Assembly: GCA_051294375.1 (NCBI GenBank)
Contig: CM119266.1
Location: forward strand, 14,001,614 to 14,065,613
Origin: Paraspadella gotoi
Lineage: Eukaryota; Animalia; Chaetognatha
Direction of reading: 5' to 3'
Length of the DNA: 64,000 bases
The notes under the pieces were generated by a model. The model was not told the origin of the DNA. It searched no databases and saw only the letters and a program-made list of their open reading frames with translations. Positions 12,597 through 25,743 of this stretch are shown one piece after another (the stretch's first letter is position 1; each line of letters starts with the position of its first letter). The translations under genes and the position numbers were made by a program.

Positions 12597-13084
12597 CTAA
12601 CGAGGGGCGAGACTTTCACGATGAGGCGCCGCTGTAGTGGAACCTTATTTTTTTTCGCTAGGAGGCTTCATGACGTCTATTTGTAATGAATTTTTTTATT
12701 GATGATATTTATATATAAAATAAACATTAAACAATCCAACACGGCAGAGATTCTGACGCCAGAATTGAGCATTCGTGGGGGTTTCGTTAAACGAAAAAAA
12801 ATTATTTTTAAGAGCTAGTCTCACAGTATTAAGTTCTTGTAGAAATGTAACGTAGAAATTAGTAAAATTCGCAAAGAGAGTAACGAATCTGTGGTCGCAT
12901 TTCTATAAACTCTGGATATAAACTTAATCATTTCTTTTTATATTTAAAGTTTATTTAAACTTTTTGTTTTTATTGTTGATCGTTTCGTCGCTAAACCGAA
13001 TTCGCTTTAAACGTGAGACGCAAGAAAAGCGCCAATCCTGATTTAACAACTGCCGCGCCTCCTAGCTTTGCGTGGCGTTTTTGT

Positions 13085-13137
<53 letters not shown>

Positions 13138-14685
13138 TTCTCTCTATCTCTCTCTGCTCTCTCTCTCGCTCGCGCTTGGGGCGTCTGGTTGACTATTGAT
13201 CGAAATGTAATATCGTTAGAGCCAAAAGTTAGTAATATACAGACATCGAGTTTCATAAAAAACGTTTGCAACACTTAAATCAGACGTATATATAAATAAT
13301 TTTCGTATAAAAATATTAAGTTTAATGCATCGAACATAAGAGATCCGAGATCGAATACGTCATTTCGTATTTTTTAATGTTAAAAGACCGGTCAAGCCGG
13401 TCAAAAGAACAAAAGATACTAGCGAACCTGGCGGATATTCGCGAATTTTTCATAAAAAGAGCATCTTTTCCCTGTGAAATCTGACGATGAGTTTAGTTTT
13501 TTTTAATAACATATGTATTATTAATAATATTTTCTATGTTTTATTAATAATTTCAGAATGCTTAATAATTTTATAAGTTTTTAGTAGCTGCATGTTGTGA
13601 TTTTTAATAGTTTTTTCTGTTTTTTATAGGAAACATTTTAGAAATTAATCGGCTATTTTTGTTTTGCTGTACTGAAATTCAGTCTGAACACATATTTAAA
13701 GAGAAATTAATATAAAATATGATCTTATATAAGTCAAATGATAAATAACAATAAATATAATTAATATTTAATAAAAGATAAAAATTTTTTTAACAATGAA
13801 CAATATTTTACAAAAACACAAATGCTTTAAACGGATATGATTTGATTACAATTTTATCCCTCTTCTTCTTAAACTATTATTATATTATAGAAGTCATTTT
13901 TCCCTATGTACTATAGTTTCATTTTTTATAACTATTAATAGGCCAATAATTAAGGATGAATGAGGGTTTGAGCATCCATAGTCAAACTTTTTTTCAAATT
14001 ATAAAAAAAATATATCGGATTTTTTTTTAGTTTTTAGTCATTGTATTATTTATTTTCATTTGTTGTTTGATTTAGAGACGAAATAATAACTTTTTAATGG
14101 TTATAATAACGACATAATGTTTTTTACATAAAAATGGACATTTTCGAACTAATTGTTAGCCTTCATCGTTGTTGTTACCAATGAAAATGTTATCATATTA
14201 TCATATTGTTTTTAATCATAATTTGTTTCATCACTTTTTCAATTTGGTTGATTGAAAAATTAACAAAGCAATCTATCATTTATTTACAGACAATAGGTTT
14301 CGATTAATTTTATAATTAATTGACATGTTTTGATTTAAAAAACTTAATAAACAAAAGCAATTCTTTAAAATCTTGGAAGTTAAGTTTTCCCTCTCAAAAG
14401 TTCTCTGTTTTCTTTTATAAATGAAAGTAGTTTTTTGATTATGATCAGAAAATTAAACAAATTAATAGAGACAGTTATTTATACCATATCAAAAAAATGA
14501 GTCCCGGTTCATGTTGCCTCAAACACAAAAATGATCCAATCGTCCAATTCTATGTATTTGCTATTACAATTTAGTAATATTTATTAGATCGTATTTAATT
14601 TTCTTCCTGATCATTCAAACATAATATACTTAAATCATTGATTATGATATTGAATGGATCCTTTTCACTTATCTATATGTATATA

Positions 14686-14840
14686 CGGTGGTAGCAGGAT
14701 TGTGCCACGTATTATTGGGCCCATAAAATTGCGCCCCTAGGATTGCACCCATGTAGCATTGGGCCCACATACAATTGCACCCATAGTATTCCGCCCACGT
14801 ATTCCACGTATTCCTACGTGGGTACAATCCTAATGGAACC
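14686..14840. mobile_element. MITE/foldback-like remnant with subterminal repeats
   Basis: Imperfect inverted termini AGGATTGTGCC-ACGTA and TACGTGGGTACAATCCT. About six internal ATT(G/C)(C/G)(A/G)CCC units, inside very AT-rich DNA. Confidence 0.55.
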
Positions 14841-15634
14841 TAGTTGACTAAAAATTACTTTAAAAAATATAGAAAAATATTCATTAATAATTTTAAATAA
14901 TTTAAATTCTTTCTTTGCAGTAATTTTTAAAAAATAATTTTTTTTATTAATTATTATTATTAAATTATTAAATACTAATATTAATATTAGTATTATTTTT
15001 TTAAAAAAATTTTACTTTTATTGGTTATTTTAATCTTTGTTATCAAGTTTTCCAAATTTACCTATTTATTAAAGCACGTATAATAGTACTTAAACGAATG
15101 AATTATACAATTTAATAATACAATTTATATTATATTATATGTAATAAGGAACTTAAACAAGCAAAATAGTTAATATTTTATTTTATGCAAAAATCTCTTT
15201 GAATTCCTCATTTTTGGTAAGAAAAAGAAGCATTCAAGATCTCATTTAATTGCTATTTTGTCTTATTTATATTAGTATAAATACTATAAATTATTTATAT
15301 TTATAAAATATATATTCTAAAAACCATAATATTCAATTATTTATTATATTACAATAATAAAACGTTTAAAATTACGCGAATAAAGAGGCGTCATCGTTAT
15401 CTGACAAATTCGATCGTAAGCTAATTTGCATAATTTAGGAGGCCAGATAAAAATCGATCGGGATCTCTCATGTGAGAATTTCAAATCGAATAAAGGTGTT
15501 TTAAATTAAAGTATATATATGTGTGATCACTTGTGTGAACGTTTTTGAAAATCTGAATCCATCTTGATACACTAATATCGTATCGCATTTCTCTCGCTGC
15601 GTCTCCACCTTTCGGAAAGACGATCATTTTTATC

Positions 15635-17252
15635 CTACATCCATGTAACCTTGCGCTTTGGCACTTGACCGAGAATATCATCTCCATTAACCTTTCTCCT
15701 AAGTCCTAACTCTTCATCCTCTTCCCAAGCAAGTTTACTCCGCAAAGACGCCACCCACGTGCCCAAGCCAAAAAAAAAACAAAAAACATTCAAATCCTCT
15801 CGCATTCCCCATCCATAGAGCCCACCCCCCCACCACCCGGCCCCCCCCCCCGGCCCCCACCGGCCCCCTTGGCAACCCTCGGCGTCCAAAATAAACTTTG
15901 AAGCGTTCGAAGCGAACTCGCGGGTCGAGTTTGTTTTACAATCACAATGAAATCAATCTGCAATTCCAATTGGCGCCTTTTTTGGGTGAAAAAGAGAGGA
16001 AAAAAAAAGGAGGGGGGGTTAAAGAAAAAGGAACAGTTTCCGTCCCGGTTGAGCCCTGGAGCTGGCGACGGAGGGGAGTCGGTGAAGGGGGAGGGTAGTA
16101 GTAAGGCAAAGAACCGGGCGGTAAACGTTATTCAACATTTTTTGAGCGATTCTTTTTTTACTTTTCACTCGCTTCGGTTCTTTCTTGTTTTCATTTATTT
16201 TTCCTGCCGAAAATAGGGACCGGCTTCCTTGGGGGCGCGCATATAACGTTTCGTTTTTTGGGAAAATAAAGTTTCGCTAGTGTTTTCTACGAAATAAGAC
16301 AACGATTGAAAGAAAGAAAAAGAAAGTAAAGAGAAGAGAAAAGAAGGAAATAGCGAAAATCTAGGATGGAGTAAACTGCCAAGCAATCTAAGAAGAAAAG
16401 GAATACACCAAATAAAGAGAAGGAAAGCAACCCAAGAAGGAAAGGAAAGCAAAGCAATCCCAAAAAAAAGGACAGGGCAGATCCTCCCCACTCTTCTTTT
16501 TTTAATCACAAGGGTTAGTTTTTCGAGCGAAAAAAGTAGGACAACGACTTCCTGGAGGTAAGAAGGGGGTGAGGTAAGGAGAAATGAGAAAAGCGGAAAT
16601 AGAAGAAAGAAGAGGTGGCAGTCGGGACTGGCAACGAATGGCATAACTGGCGAAAGAAGGAAGAAAAACAGCGACGAAGAATCTGAGGAGACGAAGAAAA
16701 AGTTTCCTTTTCGATTAATATTCGCATAAGTTTTACGTTTCGTCGCTTCTTCATTCTTCGGGCGACGACGACGACAATTTTTACAATTCATTTTTTTATT
16801 TTTAGATAAAAACCATTTTTGTTTCGTTTTATTTTTCAACGTTTAGTTTTTAGAGTTTCTTGAATTTTTTTCGAAAGTAAGTTTTAACTTTCTCCTGCCA
16901 ACTGATTCAACCAACATAAATAATAGCAATAACTAATTAGGTACATATGTGGGATAAAGAATATCTATTTGGCAGCCTGTTTTATACCAATTTCATTAAG
17001 CTTCGCAGTTCGCGCCTTCTTCCGGCCGATGAATACCCAACAAATTATCCTATCCTGCAAGTTCTGAGAATTGAAAGCCGCAAGGTTGTATTGGGAAATG
17101 TACTATGTGCGATTGAGTTAATACAAAGGACGTTTCTCTCAACCTCTCTCCTTCCAACCACCGATGATCCTTTCTAGATTGACTTTTACAACTTCTCCCC
17201 AGAGGTCGACCGGAAGTGTTGTTGTTGTTGATGTTGTTGTTTTCGACATCAT
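15635..17252 (-). CDS. Candidate upstream exons of a minus-strand gene, divergent from the sulfotransferase
   Basis: Protein-like islands: MMSKTTT...VDLWGEVVKVNLERIIGGWK (17252-17151), DRIICWVFIGRKKARTAKLNEI (about 17055-16990), IDFIVIVKQTRPASS (about 15957-15880) and SKLAWEEDEELGLRRKVNGDDILGQVPKRK (about 15740-15650). Splice phases not fully resolved. Confidence 0.25.
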
Positions 17253-17722
17253 TTTATGTAATATGGCTCAGTTATAGTTAACATTAAATCATTTGACACA
17301 AAATTCAAGAATCTTTCAAATACAGTTTGTTTTAAAAAATATATATTTTTTAATTTTTAGTCGTCAATTTTTGTAGTTTAGGAAACATAATGAAGTCTTA
17401 AACTTGCCATACAGACAAAAATTAATGAATGAAAAATAACTTCACATCCCTAGTCTGGAACCCAGGACAAAGAAGAACGACAACGTTCTTGCGACTGAAA
17501 AGAGAAGTGAAAAAAAACAAAGGAACAATCGAGTGTCTTTGGCGGTTTAAGGGCGACAACTCTGGTCGTGAAACAAAAGGGGCCCGGTCCTGACGTTTAC
17601 GACTCCTCCGTGAGAAGGAGACAGTCATTGGGGGAAAGAGATGTTGAGGGTCGAAGGAAATTGAATGGGATTGAATGAGTTGGGGTGACTATAGATCGGT
17701 GCGAGGGTTAAAATCTGAAATA

Positions 17723-17817
<95 letters not shown>

Positions 17818-18014
17818 AAACTTTGTTGATATCTAGTTTCAATCCGCGTGACGAATCCTAACGGTCTATTTCCAATCTCTGATCTGTTTGACACAGATTT
17901 TCTCTCTAAAAGTCAGTAATCAATTCGGCTTATCTTACTCATGACGCGAAGATAGGTAAAAAAAATAAATAAAAAATAAAAGAAATCTCGTAAATCGACT
18001 TTCTACTCGCAGCG

Positions 18015-18360
18015 ATGGCCGCCGGTCATCCCTGGTCCGTCGTCTTTCAATTCCTCTTCCACGTTTTCTTCTTTCTTCCGCTGCTTCGTCTCGTCGCCGC
18101 CTGGCGTCGTTTTTTGTCTCTCGTCGTCGGCGCCGGATCCGTCAACGACGGCGTCGTCGCCCGGGGTCTCCGCGACGCCGTCGAGGTTCGCCGCGTCCTC
18201 TGGCGACACGATCTCCGTCGATCGCTCGGTGACGGAATGGACAACGTATTTCACGTGCACGCGAGATACGAAGACGCCCGAGAATTTGCGTGGAACGATC
18301 CGCGCGTGCATCTGTTCCATCTATCGGAGGAGGGTGCGACTTTCGTCAGAACGAAGAAAG
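18015..18360 (+). CDS. Sulfotransferase-like (P-loop) protein, coding exon 1 with N-terminal hydrophobic/TM segment
   Basis: ATG at 18015 in a GC-rich island. Hydrophobic stretch VVFQFLFHVFFFLPLLRLVAAW. Ends at AAG|GTGGGA donor (phase 1), which joins in frame to the TTCCAG acceptor at 18627. Confidence 0.7.
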
Positions 18361-18627
18361 GTGGGAAACCGAAAAAAAAGGGGGCAAAACGGGTCAAGAT
18401 TGGCCATTTTTAAATTCTATTGAAACGTGAATAAATGGATAATCACAATATTCACTTCATACTCCTCGATTCTCATAATTATCTTTATTCTTTATTCTCC
18501 TTATTTTTCTCATTCTTCATATTTTCCTAATTCACCTTATTATCTTTATTCTATTTAGTCATTAATTTCCCTATTTTCTATTCTTCTTATTAACTTTATC
18601 CCTCCTTTTCACAACCGTCCCTTCCAG

Positions 18628-18996
18628 GTGTGAAGGTCTACGACTCCAACGTGAACCCTTTCTGCTTCTTCTCCATCTACGATCACGCGGAAGAGTTCGG
18701 CGTCGTTCCCTTGGAAACGTTCGTCCGCTTGGCGGAAGAACGGCTGCAAGATTTAAACGCCTCCGCCTCGCCCCGCCGCAAGAAAGTCGTCTTCGTGTTC
18801 AGCCTCCCTCGCAGCGGCAGCACGGCGATCCTGCAACGTTTCGAGTCGTTTCCCAACTCTCTGGCCATCAGCGAGCCGCAGCCCTTCGCCCACGTGCCCG
18901 TGCTGACGCTGAGGCGCGACTCTCGGGCGAACTTGTTTCCTTTCGTTCTTCTCTTCGTCGTCAAGTCGCTTTTTATTGAACCGAAATCAGGGGAGT
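18628..18996 (+). CDS. Sulfotransferase-like protein, exon 2 (PAPS-binding-loop motif)
   Basis: Polypyrimidine acceptor CCCTTCCAG. Encodes PFCFFSIYDHA...VVFVFSLPRSGSTAIL...SEPQPF, matching the beta-strand-PRSGST-helix and xEP motifs of Sulfotransfer_3-type proteins. The 3' end is 18996 (GTGAAT donor) or 18990 (see findings); both are phase 1. Confidence 0.8.
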
Positions 18997-19271
18997 GTGA
19001 ATTAGTTAATTAAATTTAAAATCCGGTTTTTTTTTTATTCAAATTAAACTTACTCAAAATAAATTAACCGTTCCAAAAGCAGGACGTCGTCGTCGTTGTC
19101 GTCGTGAATGAATGAATCATTTAACATTTAATCTTTTAACTAAGAAATTGACTCCAAGCGTTTTTGTTTTGCTTTTCATTTTGTTTGTTTGTTTTTTTGA
19201 ACAAAATCACGCTAAGATAAAAAAAAATAAATTCGTCTGCTGATTGATTTCTGCTTTTTTGACCCGGTTAG

Positions 19272-20038
19272 TCGACCTCGTCGCCGTCAAACTCGTCAAC
19301 TCCCCCTGGCTTCTCAAGGACGCCCTCGACGCCTTCCCCGCCCTTCCCTTCGACGCCCGATTCCTCTATACTCATCGCCGCCCGCGCCCGACCCTCGACT
19401 CGATCCTTCGCGTCTCCACCGAACAGCGCTCCGGCGCCCTCGGCTTCGGCCACGCCCTCCCGATCATCGGCCGGCGTCTCTTTTCCGACGATCACGGCCT
19501 CCGGCTCGGCGTCTCCGTCCGGCGCCTGGTCGTCGCCGGTTTGCGGCGCGTCGTCGACGACGAGGTCGAGTGGCGCCGCCGGTTCGAGGGTTGGACGTCG
19601 GCGTTGCGGTTGGAGGAGATGGACAAAGCGTTGGAGACGCGCATCGGCGAGCGGGCGGCGGAAGTTGGGAGGATCTCGACGACGGCGCTGTTTTATCTGT
19701 GGTTTCTTCCCGCGGCGCTGACGGTGCGGGAGCTGCGGCGCCGGAAGGAATACAACGAGAAGATTATGACGATTCGATTCGAGGAGTTCGTGACGGCGTC
19801 GGAGGAGACGGTGGAGAGGATGATGGGGTTTTGCGGAATCGACTCTGGATTGACGGGGGTGGAGCCGGAAGGATCTACAGCGGCTGCAGCGGCGGATTCG
19901 CAGCGACGCAGCGTCTACAGCCGCGTTCGGATCACGCGTCACGCCACGAGACTCACTGAAGAAGACGTGGCTCAGGTTGACGCGAATTTGAAGGCGGCGG
20001 GATTGGCGGGAGGGTTCGATGAATTCGAAGATCCTTGA
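19272..20038 (+). CDS. Sulfotransferase-like protein, exon 3 (terminal); spliced product about 493 aa
   Basis: TTAG acceptor at 19271, in phase with exon 2. Contains VAVKL, FLYTHRRPRPTLDS (3'-phosphate-binding-like RxP...S), IRFEEFV...VERMMGFCG (the RYEDL-like motif) and DSQ. TGA at 20036-20038. Confidence 0.8.
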
Positions 20039-20522
20039 GGGATGCTCTTTGTCACTCAATAAATCGATTAAATGATTTATTACTAAAATGTTTTTGATAT
20101 TAAATTGATTTTTAAAAGTTTCTCGCATTTAGTTTTTTTTTATGAAACTTAATTTCTTCCCGACGAACAACTAAAAAGCTTTCTTTATTCACAATTCACT
20201 CACTTGTGTAATTTCGAAATTATGAAATTAGTGCAACTAAAACAAAATCAGAAGACTTTGGCGATAATCTTGCCATTAACCTTTGCGCTCTATGACAAAT
20301 ATGCAAAAAAACATTTTTAATTTACATGGATAATACAATAATAAATAAATTTATCATAAAAACATGTTAGAAAACGCAATATCTATTTAGAAAAGCAAAC
20401 AACGCATTTTTTTCTCTCTACGTCATGGCGGGGCAAAGTATTTTGTCAACAGGTTATAAAACAGAATGCCGCTGTGAAAAATAATTTTCCGCTTGTCATC
20501 CTCCCTTCACTCTCGTCGTCAA

Positions 20523-20602
<80 letters not shown>

Positions 20603-20904
20603 TCTTTTAGCTCTCTCGTAATATTTCTTGTCAATTTGAGACTCTTGCTCTGTATCCTTTAAAGTTCCCGACCGAAAAGACGTTCGTTCGACTTTTCTTA
20701 AATTTCTTCTCGTAATTCTTTCTTATTTTCGTGTTCTTGTCATTTTTTTCTCTCCGCCAATGATTCTAACATTTTTTCTTGTTCTAGTTCTTTTATTATT
20801 TTTAATTTTGACGTTTCCTCTTCATCTCTATACTTTTCTTACTTGTCTGTTGGTTCCTTCGTTTCCTGATTTTTTTTTGTTTTCTTTCTTGTTTTTTTTC
20901 AATA

Positions 20905-20916
20905 CTTGCTTGCTTA

Positions 20917-20960
<44 letters not shown>
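20905..20960 (+). repeat. (CTTG)n tetranucleotide microsatellite
   Basis: Seen directly. Copies at about 27165-27220, 35600-35660 and 51715-51780. Confidence 0.9.
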
Positions 20961-20963
<3 letters not shown>

Positions 20964-22183
20964 TCTTTCTTTCTTTCTTTCTCTTTTAGGGCATTCTTCT
21001 CATGTTTCATCCTTCGAAAGTCTTTACTCTTCCTCCTCATCATCTTCCGGTCATCATAAATCAATTTTCAATCATCGGCCGCCGGAAAAAAAACGTGCGA
21101 ATGTTGAAAGACGAAATCTGACAACCGAAAAAAGATAAACAAATCATAAAAAAATAAAATAAAATAAACAAATTGATGGCAAAGGACAAGACGACGTCGA
21201 CAACGAAAGATGACGATATTTAGTTTAATCGAAGTCGACGTCGACTTAACGAGATAATAAGTTTTATATAACATATTTTAATTCAAAGTCTTTTTAAAAA
21301 ATTTACAAAAATTAACAAAACTTACCTTCAAAAATCCACATTTATTGACAATTTTTTATTTACTAAAAATATAACTTATTTTATAAAGTATATGACATAC
21401 ACACTGTGTATTTCTGTGTATTACACAGGTTTTTGCGCTTCTTTCCAGAAGTAGGTTTCATTTATCTAACTAAAATTCCTGATTCTGCTTTATGGCAGGG
21501 CGAGTACACGTGACAATGATGATAACGAGAGACCATAACTGGAGAGAAAAAGCGACAATAGTCAATTCGTAATGAAAAAAATGATTTATCGAGAGGAAGA
21601 TAACAATCGGGAAATGAATAGAAGCATCAAAGGATAACAACAACGATCTACGGCGACCAAAAAAATGGACGAGGAAGATCGAAGGACGACAACAACAACG
21701 ACAACAAATCGAAAGATGACGTCAGCGACGCGTAGTGACGAGGAAGACCGCAAGCTGTGAGCCTTGAGTCAAGGCCAATATGACTAAGTCGTCTTATGAC
21801 GTTAAGTCTCAAGGCGAGCGCCGCCTGTGAAACTTTAGACGNNNNNNNNNNAATGGGAAAAGAGGGTAAGGATGAGAGATGGAGATGGGTGAGTGCGGAA
21901 GGAGACGAATGATAAGTCGAAAATTTATGAATTTGAAAATAAGTTGATATTCAAAACTTGAAGTTCTGAGTAAAATCACGTTCAATCAATTTTTTTTAAG
22001 AAACAAACTTGGCAACCGATTCGATCAGAAAGACACGAAAAATACCCGCGGAGGCAATCAGTGGGTCATGGAGACGGGCGGAGAAGAGGGTAAATCTAAA
22101 CCGTGCGTAGTACGAACGATTCCATGAGGTTGGAAAAAAAAAAAGATGGCGGATTTTTTGGGGATTCTCTTTGACGAGGGTCG

Positions 22184-22222
<39 letters not shown>

Positions 22223-22619
22223 TTTCTTTAATCGAGGTCGTCCAAGGGAAACGAAGAGAGACTCTGATTAACGGAGGCGAATCTCCGTCGCGAAGCAAAT
22301 CGAAGGCGATTGAGTTGGCATTCGGTTTAAAATTTGATCAGAGGATGATGATGACGATGATGATGATGACGATGACGACGACGACGACGACGAAGTCGAT
22401 AACGATAAGAACAGAGAAGACAATTATGTGAAAGATAACGATTATGATCTCGTCAAAGGTGGTGACTTCAAAGACGCTGAAAATTAAAATGATAACTATT
22501 TCAAGAATTTTGCTGAGAGCAAACCAGTTTAGAGCTAGATTAAAATGTTAAAAATAATGTTTAATTTTAAGATTATTAAAAAGTTAATAAAAAACGTTAA
22601 TGACGAAAAAAAAAGAAAA

Positions 22620-22651
<32 letters not shown>

Positions 22652-22958
22652 TTTTGAAAAAAGAGCACGAAGATAGAAAGGGAAAAAAACGAAGACTTTG
22701 ATGTCCAAAGTCAAATGAAGTCAAGAGAAAAAATAGGAGAATGAGAAAAAGAGGAAAGAAAAGAAAATGAAGTAAGAAAGAATCAAAAAGAAATAAAAAA
22801 AGGAGAAAAAAAGAAAAAAAATCTCCTTTGGTTTTTGTTCGATTGAATCTTTTTTTTTTTTTTTTTTTTTGAATCACAACGACGGAGAAAATGATGGATG
22901 AGAGAGAGAAATGGAGAGAAAGAAAAAAATGGAAAGAAAGAAAGAAAGAAAGAAAGAA

Positions 22959-23006
<48 letters not shown>

Positions 23007-23639
23007 GAAGAAGACAAAGAGAAAGAAAGACAAACTAAAAAAGAGAAAAAAGACAAACTAAAAAGAGAAAGAAAGACAAACTAAAAAAGAAAGAAAGAAA
23101 AAAGAGAGAAAGAAAGAAATAAAGACAAAAAGAAAGAAATGAATAACGAAAAAAATACGTAAAAAAAAGCAAGAAAAAAAAAGGAATTAAAGAAAACAGA
23201 AGAAAAGAGGGTATTTTCAGAGAATACAGAAGCAAAAAGGGAAGAGAGGGTAAGTGGAAGGGGGCAACGAAGAACTAATGAGATTATTCTCCGCCGATAA
23301 AGTTAAAAAACCTTAAAATTAGTTTTTTCTTAACTCGATTAATTTCCGTAAGCGAATCTTCTCTCTCGGTTTTTTCGTCGTCGTCTCGAGAACCGAAACT
23401 CGTCGTCGATGCGTTTATATTTTAACGGAAATCAAATTTAAAACAGAAACATGATATGTACTTGTACTGTTAATTGTTTTCGTCTTTTTTTTTTGGTTTT
23501 CGTTTTTGTTTTCGGCTTTGTTTTAGTTTTTGTCTTTGTTTTTGTCGTCCACGTCGTTTTCGCCTTCGTCTTCGTCTGTGTCTGTTTCCAGCTTTTCAAA
23601 TTCTACTGGAGATTTCAATAGATCTCGAGCAATCTATTT

Positions 23640-23673
<34 letters not shown>

Positions 23674-23867
23674 GCTTCTCTCGCTCATCGCATCTCTCTC
23701 TCTCTCTCTCTCTCTTCCCCGGTTCCTCTATCTCTCTCTCATTGTCCTTCCCCCAAGGCGAATAATTTTCGCAGCAGACATCGTCGTGGCCAGTTGGACC
23801 AAAGAACCGGAGATGACCGATCGATGCCATCGAAACCAGGGACAATGTATCATCCGGAGAGAGAGAG

Positions 23868-23892
23868 NNNNNNNNNNNNNNNNNNNNNNNNN
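23868..23892. other. 25-N assembly gap (others: 40389-40413 and 59440-59464; 10 N at 21842-21851; 322 N at 62811-63132)
   Basis: N runs counted in the sequence. Confidence 0.98.
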
Positions 23893-23978
<86 letters not shown>

Positions 23979-24168
23979 TTCTCTCTCTCTCCGGATGATA
24001 CATTGTCCCTGGTTTCGATGGCATCGATCGTCATCTCCGGTTCTTTTGGTCCAACTGGCCACGACGATGTCTGCTGCGAAAATTATTCGCCTTGGGGGAA
24101 GGACAATGAGAGAGAGATAGAGGAACCGGGGAAGAGAGAGAGAGAGAGAGAGAGAGAGCGATGAGAGC

Positions 24169-24250
<82 letters not shown>

Positions 24251-24864
24251 AAATAGATTGCTCGAGATCTATTGAAATCTCCAGTTAGAATTTGAAAAGC
24301 TGGAAACAGACACAGACGAAGACCAAGGCGAAAACGACGTGGACGACAAAAACAAAGACAAAAACTAAAACAAACCGAAAACAAAAACGAAACCCAAAAA
24401 AAAAGACGAAAACAATTAACAGTACAAGTACATATCATGTTTCTGTTTTAAATTTGATTTCCGTTAAAATATAACGCATCGACGACGAGTTTCGGTTCTC
24501 GAGACGACGACGAAAAAACCGAGAGAGAAGATTCGCTTACGGAAATTAATCGAGTTAAGAAAAAACTAATTTTAAGGTTTTTTAACTTTATCGGCGGGAG
24601 ATAATCTCATTAGTTCTTCGTTGCCCCCTTCCACTTACCCTCTCTTCCTTTTTGCTTCTGTATTCTCTGAAAATACCCTCTTTTCTTCTGTTTTCTTTAA
24701 TTCTTTTTTTTTCTTGCTTTTTTTTACGTATTTTTTTCGTTATTCATTTCTTTCTTTTTGTCTTTATTTCTTTCTTTCTCTCTTTTTTCTTTCTTTCTTT
24801 TTTAGTTTGTCTTTCTTTCTCTTTTTAGTTTGTCTTTCTTTCTCTTTTAGTTTGTCTTTCTTTC

Positions 24865-24936
<72 letters not shown>

Positions 24937-25216
24937 TCCATTTTTTCTTTCTCTCCATTCTCTCTCTCAATCCATGCATTTTCTCCGTCGTCGTTGATTC
25001 AAAAAAAAAAAAAAAAAAAAAGATTCAATCGAACAAAAACCAAAGGAGATTTTTTTTCTTTTTTCTCCTTTTTATTTCTTTTTGATTCTTCTTACTTCAT
25101 TTTCTTTTCTTTCCTCTTTTTCTCATTCTCCTATTTTTCTCTTGACTTCATTTGACTTTGGACATCAAAGTTTCTTCGTTTTTTTCCCTTTCTATCTTCG
25201 TGCTCTTTTTTCAAAA

Positions 25217-25248
<32 letters not shown>

Positions 25249-25644
25249 TTTTCTTTTTTTTTCGTCATTAACGTTTTTTATTAACTTTTTTAATAATCTT
25301 AAAATTAAACATTATTTTTAACATTTTAATCTAGCTCTAAACTGGTTTGCTCTCAGCAAAATTCTTAAATAGTATCATTTTAATTTTCAGCGTCTTTGAA
25401 GTCACCACCTTTGACGAGATCATAATCGTTATCTTTCACATAATTGTCTTCTCTGTTCTTATCGTTATCGACTTCGTCGTCGTCGTCGTCGTCATCGTCA
25501 TCATCATCATCGTCATCATCATCCTCTGATCAAATTTTAAACCGAATGCCAACTCAATCGCCTTCGATTTGCTTCGCGACGGAGATTCGCCTCCGTTAAT
25601 CAGAGTCTCTCTTCGTTTCCTTGGACGACCTCGATTAAAGAAAT

Positions 25645-25743
<99 letters not shown>

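Noticed and set aside
19268-20128. 286-aa antisense ORF over sulfotransferase exon 3
   Set aside because: Shadow ORF expected from GC-rich codon usage. No recognisable motif, and the sense frame carries the family motifs.
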